NCBI RefSeq assembly: GCF_004010195.1 | Contig: NC_057755.1 | Span: forward strand, 8,011,466-8,075,465 | Direction of reading: 5' to 3' | From: Chiloscyllium plagiosum | Lineage: Eukaryota | DNA: 64,000 nucleotides | Shown here: positions 39,743 through 52,520 of the stretch, one piece after another | Layout: every line of letters starts with the position of its first letter | How positions within the stretch are numbered: the first letter of the stretch is position 1 | Notes under the pieces: model-generated | The model's input: the letters and a program-made list of their open reading frames with translations, nothing else | Told to the model about the DNA's origin: nothing | The model's database searches: none | Program-made: the position numbers and the translations under genes

Positions 39743-40502
39743 TGTGAGAAACAAAGCTCACACACTTCAATAATTGCAGTCCGAGACAAAATCTGAATCA
39801 GTAGTGTCCTTTATTTTTACACTTGCAAGTGGGTATGATGTCCAGTGCCAAGCAAGGCAGAGGACATACACACCAAATTCAACAAACTCTCGAGATAAAA
39901 ACAATTTGGTTCTTACATTTTTTTTCTTATTTCATTGTTTCCCCCCCTGTTTACATCCTCCACTTCCCTAAGACTGGTCCCACCACTCCTGTTTATCTCT
40001 TGTCTTATCCGGCCTTGTCTGTGACGAAATGCTTTTTTCTGGCCTCACAAGGCCGTTTGACCTCATCCCGCTGCAGGTCATTGTTAGGCATATTCTTTCT
40101 TCATCAGTATCTACTCTTTCCATCTGCGTTTCTCCCGAAGCCACTCTGATACCTATGACCTCTTTAATTAGGGTTTGTTCCTGTGTCTCTGTAAAAGTGG
40201 GAAACAGATGTTCATACCTACTATTTGTACAGGCGTATCTGGCCTAACTTCATCCCCTCACAACATCTTATCTATTTGCCCATAATATCTACCATTGTTT
40301 TGCAATCACGTTTCATGCTGGCATACAATTTTAGCTGATACAAAAACAATTATATATTTCCTCCACACAGTTTCCATTCTTGTTGACTCAGCTCCCGGCC
40401 GAAACAACCACACACTGATGTGAGTTCATTTACTTTGTATCAGAAATTATAATTGCAGAATTGCAGAACTGCAGAAGTAACATTAATTTCCTATATCCCA
40501 CA
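39743..40502 (-). repeat. ERV 5' LTR (760 bp)
   Basis: Direct repeat of 31692-32454, followed on the minus strand by the PBS. Confidence 0.97.
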
Positions 40503-41084
40503 CTGGATATGATTCCATTGCAACATGAAGCTGCTGAGTGTTACAGAATTTGCTACACCCCATCATATCATCTACTTTGCTGTCTGTCTTTTGTGAATTA
40601 TATTTAAGACATTGGCACGGGAATAGAATATAGTGAAGCGTGATTTGCAGGAAGAATAGAAAAAGCACAATGTTTGTGTTTAAAATGGTGAGAAATTCTG
40701 AAACGTTATTGATCGGGGGTTTGGCTGAACTTGTTCATAAACATCAGAAAGTTGACATAATAGTAGTTCCAGCAGACAGGAGGACACGACATACACTCAC
40801 CATTCTTGCTGGCAGCTTTTGTCCGGCAATGAGTTTAACACGACATGGATTGACGTACATACTGGAATATAATCGCGCAGTTCGGGGTGGTTTACATGCG
40901 AAATTACAGATACACAGGAGTGAGTTACTGATTGGTAACTAATGGAGGGGTCCGTGGTGATTTATATACAGATTAACAGGTACCCAGGAGTGAGTTATAG
41001 ACTAGAAACTTATTGAGGGGTTCGTGCTGGTTTATATACAGAAGAACAGACATCCAGGAGTGAGTTACAGACTAGAATTTTGTT

Positions 41085-41381
41085 TTTAGATGAGATTAGA
41101 TTACATACAGTGTGGAAGGGCCCTTCGGCCCAACAAGTCCACACCGCCCCGCCGAAGCGCAACCCACCCATAACACAACGGGCAATTTAACCTGGCCAAT
41201 TCACCTGACCTGCACACCTTTGGACTGTGGGAGGAAACCGGAGCACCCGGAGGAAACCCACGCAGACATGGGGAGAACGTGCAAACTCCACACAGTCAGT
41301 CGCCTGAGGCGGGAATTGAACTCGGGTCTCTGGCGCTGTGAGGCAGCAGCGCTAACCACTGGGCCACCGTGCCGCCCACAA
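41085..41381 (-). mobile_element. HE1-like SINE (internally deleted)
   Basis: Reverse complement of the 21135-21446 family, with A/B boxes. Confidence 0.85.
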
Positions 41382-43105
41382 ATCTTGTCCAAGGTTTGAG
41401 GTGGTTACTGTCCAGAGTTCCTTATAAATGAACGTCAGTTACGGATTGGAATTTTATCAAGGGGATCGGGATGATTTTATGCAGAATAGCAGATACCCAG
41501 GCGTGAGCTACAGACTACAATCAGGTTGAGGGGATTGTGCGATTTATATACAGAGCAATTGGATACGAAAGGGCAGAAAAGAAGGAGACATTACCCACCA
41601 TGGACCAAGTCAAAAATGAGCTGAGCCACACAGGATTCAAATACTGTATGTGAAGTTTTCCATCTGTTCTGACACTTAGCCAGGAGGTTAACCATTGCCC
41701 AATATTTAGGAGAATTCATAATATGTTCTCAGATTTTACCAGGGATTGAAGTAATATCGCGAGGAAAAGGTTATTCTAAGTTTATTATCAGATTATTGTA
41801 AGGCCACACTGAGTAATTAAAATTGATCTGCGATAAATTTGTTTTGCTGAAACAGTTCCAAATCTTTTCTCACCCATTTAAGTGTTGAAGTGATGAACTA
41901 TATTACTTTCCTGACTCCCCACTGTCCTACATCTAAGACGATCCTCCTCTGTTTTTCACGTTTACTGGAGAGATTAATATCCTTTTATAATGTATCGCCA
42001 TACTGGTTAGAATGCCGCCTTTCTCACACTGTCTCATTTACATTCAATCCTTTTTAAAGACATTGAAACCAACAGACACGCAAAGTTCCAAAAAGATGCA
42101 GGTGCATTATTTTCTTTTATTTGTGGACAACGCACAATTTGAACCCAGAGCAATCAGTGTGGGATTGGAGAAACCCTGGATTTTGGGATGGGGCCTAGCC
42201 ACATAGGATTCTGATCCAAAGCTGCAAATATACAATTCAGTGGCTGAGCTGTTCAGGTTTTGTATATTTGAGTCTCCCAGATATTTGGAGCTTGCCAAGT
42301 AAGTCAGACGTTGCTGGGAAGTGAAATTTGTCTCTCCGCATTCACTTCAAACAGATTCTGCAATTGGCAATTTAGTCACCATCAAGGAGCTGTCTCCATT
42401 TCCTACATCTGCTAGGATCTATGAATGGAAACAGCTTTTGACACATTGCCCCCTCGCCCTTGCAGAAACCTTTCCTGACTCAAGTGAGTCAGGCAGGTAT
42501 CTTAGATTTGTCCACAGCCACCATTTCTTATTAGCACAGCACTGCCATTGATTTTATAAATAGGGAAATGCAAGAGTGACTGGCAAAATCTATGCAGTTT
42601 GAGATAATTGAACATTTGTCCCCAAGTAACAGTTAAAATTCTCTGACCTTACCATAAATTAGAAAGTGAGAATGACAGACTATGTGAATAGGCAAAATTG
42701 TGTGGGGTTAGGAATTGATGAAATCACCCATCCCGCTGATTCTGTCCCCATCAAACACACTCAGGGCAGCTCCATTAATGTCCCTCCACACGTTCTCCAT
42801 TTGAATCTTTCAAAGTCTGGGGAGAATGTGGTGAGATACAAAGTAAATCTCGCTCTCCACTGTCTCCTCGAACACTCCAAGGACAGTGACAGCATGGGGT
42901 TTAGATGCAGAGTAAATCTACCTGTCCACTGTCCCATCAAACACTCCCATGATAGGGACAGCACGGGGCTTAGGTACAGAGTAAATCTGCCTCTCCACTG
43001 TCCCATCAAACACGACCAGGAGAGGGACAGCAGAGTTTGAGATACAGATTAAAGATGCCTCTACACTAAACACAACAAACACTTCCAGGAAAGGGACAGC
43101 CACAG

Positions 43106-43978
43106 GTGTTCAAAGTTTGTGAGAAGATTTGTATCTCGGGTGGTCATTGTTGTGGTTCTGTTCGCCAAGCTGGGAATTTGTGTTGCAGACGTTTCGTCCC
43201 CTGTCTAGGTGACATCCTCAGTGCTTGGGAGCCTCCTGTGAAGCGCTTCTGTGATCTTTCGTCCGCCATTTGTAGTGGTTTTAATCTGCCACTTCCGGTT
43301 GTCAGTTGCAGCTGTCCGTTGCAGTGGTCGGTATATTGGGTCCAGGTCGATGTGCTTATTGATTAAATCTGTGGATGAGTGCCATGCCTCTAGCAATTCC
43401 CTGGCTGTTCTCTGTTTGGCTTGTCCTATAATAGTAGTGTTTTGCCAGTCGAATTCATGTTGCTTGTCATCTGCGTGTGTGGCTACTAAGGATAGCTGGT
43501 CGTGTCGTTTTGTGGCTAGTTGGTGTTCATGGATGCGGATCGTTAGCTGTCTTCCTGTTTGTCCTATGTAGTGTTTTGTGCAGTCCTTGCATGGGATTCT
43601 GTACACTACATTGATTTTGCTTATGCTAGGTATCGGGTCCTTCGTTCTGGTTAGTTGTTGTCTGAGAGTGGCTGTTGGTTTGTGTACTTTTATGAATCCT
43701 AGTGGTCGAAGTAATCTGGCTGTCAGTTCGGAAATGTTCTTGATGTATGGTAATGTGGTTAGTCCTTTGGGTTGCGGCATATCCTCGTTCTGTTGTCTGT
43801 CCCTTAGGCATCTGTTGATGAAATTGCACGGGTATCCGATTTTGGCAAATACATTGTATAGGTGTTCTTCTTCCTCTTTTTGCAGTTCTACTGTGCTGCA
43901 GTGTGTTGTGGCCCTTTTGAATAGTGTCTTGATGCAACTTCTTTTGTGTGTGTTGGGGTGGTTGCTTTCGTAGTTCAC
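43106..43978 (-). mobile_element. 5'-truncated Penelope-like retroelement (family C) with an open RT-thumb/GIY-YIG frame
   Basis: HPNTHKRSCIKTLFKRA...LPYIK...VVYRIPCKDCTKHYIGQTGRQLTIRIHEH...RELLEAWHS; stop at 43205. Confidence 0.92.
43185..43224 (-). ncRNA. Minimal hammerhead ribozyme motif (family C)
   Basis: GCA-CUGAGGA-U-GUCACCU(AGAC)AGGGGAC-GAAA-CGUC-UGC: helix I GCA/UGC, palindromic ACGU helix III, GUC triplet. Confidence 0.8.
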
Positions 43979-45774
43979 AACACTTATTTCCCTCAACACT
44001 AAACACAATAAACAGTGCCAGGACAAGATCAGCATGGGGTTAGATCCAGAGTAAATTTCCCTCTGCACTGTTCCCCCATCAAACACTCCCAGGGCAATGA
44101 CGACATATGATGAGATACAGAGTAATTCTCCCTGTCGACTGTCCCATCAAACACTCCAAGGACTGCGACAGCACGGAGTTAGACACATGGTTAGATACAG
44201 AACACATCTCCGTCTACAATATCTCATCAAACACTCTCAGGACTATTACAACACAGGGTTAGATATAAGTAAATCTCCCTCTCCAGTCTCCCATCAAACA
44301 ACACCAGGAGAGGGACTGCACAGGGTTAGATACACAGTAAACCTTCCTCTACACTCCCAGCACAGGGACAGCACAGCGTTAGATGCAAGGTAGATCTCCC
44401 TCTCCACTGCGTCATCAAACACCCCCGGGACAGGGATAGTGCGGGTTAGATACAGAGTAAATCTCCCTCTCCACTGACCCATCAAATACTCCCAGAACAG
44501 TGACAGCACAGGGGTAGATACAGAGTAAGTCTCCCTCTGCACTGTCTCATCAAACGCCACCTGGACACGGATAGCTCAGTGTTATATACAGAGTTAGGAT
44601 CCCTCAACACTAAATCCAACAAATAGTGCTAGGACAAGGTCAGCATGGGGTTAGGTAGGGAGTAAACTTCCCTCTACCATGTTCCCCATTAAACACTCCC
44701 AGGGCAATGACAACACATGATTAGATGCAGAGTAAATTTTTATCTTCACTGCCCCATTAAATACTCCCAGGACAGTGACAATATGGGGTCTGATACAAAG
44801 ATAAGCTCTCGCTCCACTGTCCATCAAAGACACCCAGAGCAGGGACAGGACGGGGTTAGATTCAGAGTAAATATGATTCTACACTAAACCCAACAAACAT
44901 TCCCAGTAAAGGGATGGCACAGGGTAAGATACAGAGTAAATATCGCTCTCCTCTGCCCGAGCAAACACTCCCAGTACAGTGACAGTGCAGGATTAGATAC
45001 AGACTAATCTTTGACAGGGACAGCATGGGGGTCAGACACTCATTAAATCTCTCTCTCCATTGTCCCATCAAACACTCCCAGGACAGTGACAGCACGGAAT
45101 TTAGATACAGAGTAAATCGCCCGCTACATTGCTCCCCATGAAACACTCCCAGCCAGGGACAGCATAGGGTTAAATACAGAATAAATCTCACTCTACAGTA
45201 TTCCCCAATCAAACACTCCCAGGATACAGGGTTAAATACAGAGTGAAGCTCATTCTGCACTGTTCCCCCATCAAAACACCCAGGACAGTTTAGGTTCAAA
45301 GGGGTTTTTCTTTGGGAGATCCTCATCCACTGAGATAGTGCCATCAACCCCAAAGTGAGATTGATAGACTGGGTGAATGGGCAGAACTGTGTTCGATGGT
45401 GTTCAGTGCAATCATATGACTTACATTCTGAGGGGACATTGGACAAACAAGTGCTGGTTTGCTTTCGAATTGATAAGGTTAAGCAGTGATCTGATTGATA
45501 TTTTCAAGATATGAAAAAGACAAGACAGGGTAGATCAAGATCAATAATTCCCACTTGTTGGAGATTCTAGAACAGAGGGAGCAAAGTCTTAGAATAAAGA
45601 CCCAGAGCGTTCAAGAGAGATGTTAGGAAGCACGTTGGCTCACAAAGGGAGGGAGAGGTTTGGAACTGTTTTTCACAAAAACCAGTGGATGTCTGATCAG
45701 TTGTTTAGATTAAACCCTACACTGTTTGCATCAACACTCTCAAGACAAGGACTGTGTGGGGGTTTGATAAAACC

Positions 45775-46138
45775 ATAGAATCCTAGATTCCCTATATTGT
45801 GGAAGCAGGCCATTCGTCCCAACACGTCCACACTGACCCTCTGAAGAGTAACCCATCCAGACCCATTCCCCCACCCTATTATCCAATATTTACCCCTGAC
45901 TTATGCACCTAACGTATGCATCCCTGAACACTGTGGGACAATTGAGCATGGCCATTTCACCCGAACCAGCACGTCTTTGGAGTGTGGCAGAAAACCGGAG
46001 CACCCAGAGGAAACCCACACAGACACGGGGACAATGTGCAAGCTCCAGACAGACAGTCTCCAGAAGTTGGAATAGAATCAATGTCCCTGGCGCTGTGAGG
46101 CAGCAATGCTTACCACTGAGTCGCCCTGCCGCCCCACA
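45775..46138 (-). mobile_element. HE1-like SINE, older copy
   Basis: Similar to 41085-41381. Confidence 0.8.
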
Positions 46139-47981
46139 GTGGTAAATCTACCTTTACTGTTCTGCATCAAACACTTCCAGGGAAGGGACAGCACGGAGTT
46201 GCACACAGTGTAAAGCGCCCTGTACACTATCCCCATCATTCCCTCCCTCGTCAGCTAAAGCATTGAGTTTGATACGGAGTAAAACTCCCTCGATGATATC
46301 ACAATCAAAAAATTTAATGCCATGTATAATCTGAAGAGAGATGCTGATTGAAACTCACTCCTGACTCTCCCCATTCTTACACACATGCACACAGAGACAC
46401 CCACACACACACAGACAACAAAATTGGAAGAACTCCACAAATTCATCACCAAATGCTTTGTTTGATTCTCTCTGCTCTGATTCCCTGTTAGATTGATGGT
46501 TTTGAACATTCACATGGACAAGCGTCCTAATCCCATGTGCCATGTCCTACTCCCAAACACAGCATCTGATTCCAATCCAGAGTGTGATCGCGGAGCCTCT
46601 CAGTGTCGGAGATTTGTGAGTCTTGAGCCTTACCCCGGTGTGTGAATGCCCTGTGTTCATCTGACATCGAGCAATTATTTCATGGAGTTGTAATGTTTGC
46701 AAACTCAATAACTTTGGTCATTCAATGTCCCAATGTAACAGTGTGAGCAAAAGTGTGTGAACGTGTGCGACCAGCGCATTGCATTAATGGGTCAAATATG
46801 AGTTTTCTCCCGCAACTATTAAATATTCAACAACATTTTCCAGATCCTTGTACACAAACCACAGAAAGCCAATGTGATGTTACTCAATTTCAGAAGTGCT
46901 CTTGGGACATGTTCCCCTCTCCTGTGCTGACAGAATTCCTGATCCATAACTGAATCCTTCTCTGTTCCTGACCCTCAGGTTAACGTTGTAGCATATAACC
47001 TGCATTGTACATCCTCAGTTTGACATCCAAACACCATCATTTCCCATCTCACTGTATTCCATCTGCAGGATGCTGAGAGATGACCACACACAAACTGTGA
47101 GGAGCTGTTTTAATCTGGAAAACCAGGAGGAAAGATTCCGAAGGTGTCAGCCATCTTAGGTATGTTGGTGCAGCCATTTCATGTTAGCCCAACACTGACA
47201 TTATCTTTATACACAGGGAGAAGCAAGAAAGAATGGGAACATGGGGAGTGTGTGTGTATCTGAGTGCAGTACAGATTCACCAGAATGATAGCCCTACAGC
47301 AAAGGGTCACTGGGAGGGAGGGAAATGACCCAAACCCAGGATTGTACCTTGGAATTTAGAAGGATTGAATGGATTGAAAGTTTTTGAGACAACAAGGTAA
47401 ACGGCTGAGTTAGGTAGAGAGAAATGCTTCTTGCTGCTTCTGGGTCGAGGATTAAAATCAACGTCTAAAACTCTAACAATGCTCTGAAATTGTTTCAAAA
47501 TGAAAATGAATTTACAAAGCCTCCCAAATTCTCTGTGTGATATTGCACAGACTGTCTTACTCACTCACTCTCTGAACATATCCAAACCCCTTCCCCCTTC
47601 CCAGCCTTTCTGTATCCTCCTTGCATTTTACTATCCCACATCCGTTTGTGTTGTTAGCAAACGGAACACAGGATTCCATCATCTCAGTTATTCATAGAGA
47701 CTGTGTCCAGTGCATTGTCGGCAGTTTCAGGCTGTGATTGGGTTAAATCCAGGCCTCTTGCCCCAGGTAACTATTCGGTGACCGTTTTGACAAAGAGAAA
47801 GGCCTCAGCCCTCAAATGCCTGTTTTACAGAAATTATGTGCTTCACACTAATTGGCCAACCACAGTAAGGAAGTTTCTCTGAGTGTTTTACTGTGATGAC
47901 ATCAGCAATCCAGTGTAACACTTTCATCCTCAGACACCTTCCCAACGACAGTAAACAGCGACTGCTTGTATCCTCCTCGGT

Positions 47982-48245
47982 GGTAAAAACAATGACTGCA
48001 GATGCTGGAAACCAGATTCTGGAGTAGTGGTGCTGGAAGAGCACAGCAGTTCAGGCAGCATCCAAGGAGCTTCGAAATCGACGTTTCGGGCAAAAGCCCT
48101 TCATCAGGAATAAAGGCAGTGAGCCTGAAGCGTGGAGAGATAAGCTAGACGACGGTGTGGGTGGGGAGAAAGTAGCATAGAGTATAAGTGAGTGGGGGAG
48201 GGGATGAAGGTGAAATGACCAGGGAGTTGCAGTGGGAGAGGCTCA
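47982..48245 (-). mobile_element. Family A Penelope 3' fragment
   Basis: Reverse complement of 22600-22925; absent at the paralogous site near 30150. Confidence 0.8.
48076..48111 (-). ncRNA. Minimal hammerhead ribozyme motif (family A)
   Basis: AUUC-CUGAUGA-A-GGGC(UUUU)GCCC-GAAA-CGUC-GAUU; core intact, helix I weak (U-U mismatch). Confidence 0.7.
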
Positions 48246-48409
48246 AGCACACAGACACACACACACACACACACACTCACACACAAAGTCTTGGTTTCAT
48301 TTTCATTTCTAAATGGACCACGGCGACCTGAGATAGAGGATGGAATTAGGGAATTGAGCTCTATGATTAGCATTGATCATGGATATGAAGAGGTTAGTTA
48401 GAGAATAAC

Positions 48410-49900
48410 GCTCACTGGACAATGTCCCACCAAATACTCCAAGGACAGATAGGGTTAGATACAGAGTAAATCTCCCTTTCCAATGTCCCCTCAAAAAATT
48501 CCCAGGACAGCGAGAGCACAGTGTTAGATTCAGAATAAAGATGCTTCAACGTTAAACCCAATGAACACTCCCAGGAAAGGGACAGCATAGGGTTAGACAC
48601 AGAGTTAAGGTACCTTTACTCTGTCCCATCAAACACTACTAGGGCAGCGACAGCACAGGGTGAGATACAGAGTAAGTCTCCCTCTGAACTGCCCAATCAA
48701 ACACTTCCAAGACAGTGATAGTTCGGGTTAGATACCGAGTAAACCTCACTCTACACTGTCCAATAAAACTGTCCCAGGACAGTGACAGCACGTGGTTAGA
48801 TACGGAGTAATTCTCCCTCACCACTGCCCTATCAAACACTCCCAGGACAGTGACAACACAGGGCTAGATACAGAGTACTTCTCCTTCTCCACTGTCCCAT
48901 CAAATATTCCCAGCACAGAGACAGCACTGGGTTACACACGCGGCTAGATACAGAATACGTCTTCCTCTACACTGTCTCATCAAACACTCCCAGGACTGTT
49001 GCAGCACGGGTGTTAGATACAGAGTAAATGTCCCTCTCCCTGTTTCATCAAACACCACCAGGACAGGGATAGCACAAGGTTAGATACCGAGTAAACCTCA
49101 CTCTCCACAGTCAAATCAAACCCTCCCAGGACAGGGACAGCGCAGCATTAGATACAGAGTAAATCTCCCTCTCCACTGTGACATCTAACACCCCCAGGCC
49201 AATGATACCTCATGGTTAGATACAGAATAATTGTCCCTCTCCCTGTCTCATCAACCACCACCAGGAGAAGGACAACACGGGTTTAGATACACATTAAACC
49301 TTACTCTTCACTGTAAAATCAACCCCTCCCAGGACAGGGACAGCACAGCATTAGATACAGCGTCAACCTCACTCTTCACTCTCATATCAAACACTCCCAG
49401 GACTGTGATAGCACAGGGTTAGGTAAAGAGTAAATCTCCCTCTCGACTGTCTCATCAAACGTTCCCACTACCGTAACAGCACGAGGTTAGATACGCGGTT
49501 AGATACAGAATAAGTCTTCCTGTACATTGTCTCATCAAACGCTCCCAGAACTGTTCAATACAGAATAACTGTCCCTCTCCACTCTCTTATTAAACACCAC
49601 CAGGAGAGGGACAGCATAGCGTTAGATACAGAGAAAACCTCACTCAACGCTGTCCCATCAAACACACCCAGGACGGGGACTGTGTGGGTTTTGATAAAGT
49701 GTAAAACGCCCTCTCCACTGTCCCATGAAACACCACCTGGACAGGGACAGCACAGGGTTAGATACAGAGTGAGGATCCCTCGACACTGAATCCAACAAAC
49801 ACTGCCAGGACATGATCAGCATGGCGTTAGACACAGAATAAATCTCCTACTATACTTTTCTCCCATCAAGTACACACAGGATTGGAACTGCACGGGTCTA
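48410..49900. repeat. ~61-bp satellite array
   Basis: About two dozen diverged units of GGTTAGATACAGAGTAAATCTCCCTC.... Confidence 0.92.
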
Positions 49901-51494
49901 TGCTGCACTCAAATGGATCAGGGCTTCTAATTCCCCACTCTTTCCTACCTTTCCCTATTTATAAAGCCAATGTCGCTGTTGTGCAAACATTAGAAAGTGT
50001 CAATGGACAAACCTAAGCTGACTGATGGACTCCTTCTGAATCACCAGTCCTGACTTCACTGAGTCCAAGATGGTATCTTGATTCAACAAAATCAGTGTGA
50101 AGGATGTCACAGAACAAAGTTATGACATTTTAGTGGCGTAGAGGCTGGGGGAGATGCAAAAGTTGGAAAATCAAGAATTTGAAGGCCCTGCCGACATTAT
50201 CCACATTGGTATTAAAAGTGTTTGGTCGTGAAATAATTCTTCAGAGGCCGCAGCCCATCACCAATTACATTTGATTAACAAATGCGTAGCCTACATCTTC
50301 CAGCACAGTCAGTCATTCAGCACCTCATTATCACTGACATTCAAAACTATCATGTCAGCCAGGTCTCCCTAATTGGCCCAGAATAGCAGCCCCAATCATG
50401 GAACTGTGAGAACCAGCTGGCTGACCGCATTATAATCTCTAAAGGTTGAAAAGGTGATGCGTTCCTGAAATTTGAATGTTACAATTTAGACAAGAGATTG
50501 AAGAAGCTGATCTCCACCCATTCTCAGATTGCATATTAGATGGCTGAAAGCCTGGATGCAAAAATTCTTTCCAGGAGGAAAGGCTTTGGACACGTCGATT
50601 ATTGGTGCAGTTTGTGGGCTAATACCATCTCTACATATCGCAAATATGGGTTTCCTCTTTACTGTTGAGAATTGCTACGATCTGGGGATACAAGACAACG
50701 CCATTGCAGTACATTTAAGCAAAACGTCAAAGGTTTGAGAAGCTGGGATAGAAATCAGTTTGGATGAAATTGAAGCTCGCCACGTGAAAATGAAAATCTG
50801 TCAGTGAATGAGACAATGATTAGAAAGACAACAACTTTGTGTTCTTCACTTCAGGATAAAAATGTCGCTTCCATGCCTCACAGATTCAGTGACAGACTTC
50901 TTTCTGGAGTGTTACTCCCTGATTTTCGGGACATCCTCAGTAACGTATGCGTTAAGTAATACAATTACTGTCAAAACTTCACCTATTTTTGAGATGATAT
51001 TTGGATGGAAACAGATTGGAAGAATACATTGGTATTTTTATCCGTTTACAACCGTCCTAGAACTTAAAGCTACAATGCACAATTAGAACTTAAAGCCACA
51101 ACACGCCAATTTATACCTTCTTGTAACATTGAATCGGAACAAGAGCATCATGTAAGCAGGCGGCATGGGTTGAAATTTATTATTCTTTCTTCACTAATTT
51201 CGCACATTCCTACACATAGAAAACTGTCATCCTGAAAGAGATTTTCTAAGGAATTGGATCACCGTGTTCGTTTCCATTGAACATATACAAAAATGGTAGA
51301 TTTGAAACAGCTAATAACAAGGTGTTGACACATCGAAGGTTTCGGTCTCAAATGTAAATTGAAGAATTGACACGGTGTTTATCAGAACACAATGCATTCC
51401 CCTGCCAAGACGTACATTATACCTGCAGAACAAATGCAGCCCTGCAAACAAAAGTTTAACGATTTACTGAATTCCAACGGTCCAGTATCCTGGT

Positions 51495-51636
51495 GTCAGC
51501 CTCATTCCTGAAGAAGGGCTTATGCCCGAAACGTCGATTCTCATGCTCCTCGGATGCTACCTGGCCTGCTGTGTTTTTCCAGCACCACATTTTTCAACTC
51601 TGGCATTCCAGCATCTGCAGTCCTCACTTTCTCCTA
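51495..51636 (+). mobile_element. Family A Penelope-derived short element with an intact hammerhead core
   Basis: ATTC-CTGAAGA-AGGGC-TTAT-GCCC-GAAACGTC-GATT plus the family tail. Confidence 0.8.
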
Positions 51637-51794
51637 GTCCATGATTGTGGGCCGTTCTTTATCCTTCTCCAGCACTTGCTGCCTCATTCACTCTGCCCTC
51701 TTTCGCAATCTCTCCTTTTATACACGCAGCCTTCCTCTCTCCTCTCCCTTTCACCCATCTTCTGCCTCTTGTAAACTTACTTAATTAACACCAT

Positions 51795-52520
51795 GAAACA
51801 TAGGCGCGAAATCAGACCGTTCGGCCTTTCGAGTCTGCCCTGCCATTCAATCAAGAATGATACGCATGTCGACTGCATTCTCCAGTCTTCTTCTCGTAAC
51901 TGCTGATCCCCTTCCTAAGCAAGAACCTATATATCTCTGCCTTAAGTACATTCAATGAATTGCCATTCACTGCCATCTCCAGGAACTAGTTCCATAGTTC
52001 ACCAAGCTCTTGAAGAACATTTCCTTTTTCACATCAACTCTGGAGGATCGCTGCTTTACTATGAGGCTGTGATGTTGCATTCTAATCTGTCCTCCCAAAG
52101 GCAGCATCTTCATTTCCACGTTGTGCAGGCCTCCTAATATTCCGTAAATTTCAGTCAGATATTCCCTCATCATCATGAACTCCAGGAATGACAGTCTCAG
52201 TGTTTCGAACTGACACTCATACAACAGATCCTTCATCCCTGCCATTATTCTTGTCCATCTCCAATGGAACAAGGACAACGCTAGTACATCATTTTTTTAT
52301 ACACTGTGTCAAAAACTGCTGACTGTATTCCAAATGCAGTCGGAACAGAGCTTAACAGACTTTCTACTGATCTTGTATTATAGTCCACTTGAAGAGAATG
52401 CTGACACTCCACTTGACTTCCTGACAGCCAAGTGAACATGCCTATTAACTTCAAGAGAATCCTGACTCTCAAGTCCTTTTGCGCTTCAGAATTTCGAAGC
52501 ATTCCTCTTTTAGAACGTAA
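51795..52520 (-). mobile_element. Decayed CR1 3' fragment
   Basis: RT C-terminal remnants; part of it is duplicated at 5845-6060. Confidence 0.7.

Larger units (their letters stand above)
31692..40502 (-). mobile_element. Full-length defective class I (gamma/epsilon-like) endogenous retrovirus
   Basis: Two LTRs, TSD CTGGA (31687-31691 and 40503-40507), PBS, PPT, order gag-pro-RT-RNaseH-IN-env. Confidence 0.97.
42740..45290. repeat. ~61-bp satellite array interrupted by a Penelope element
   Basis: Same unit as 28220-28560; diverged copies. Confidence 0.9.

Noticed and set aside
43979..44086. N-terminal part of the 293-aa ORF
   Set aside because: Read-in from the flanking satellite; the Penelope copy is 5'-truncated.
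42740..49900. CRISPR-like periodic arrays
   Set aside because: The whole ~61-bp unit is repeated with no unique spacers, there are no cas genes, and the context is vertebrate.
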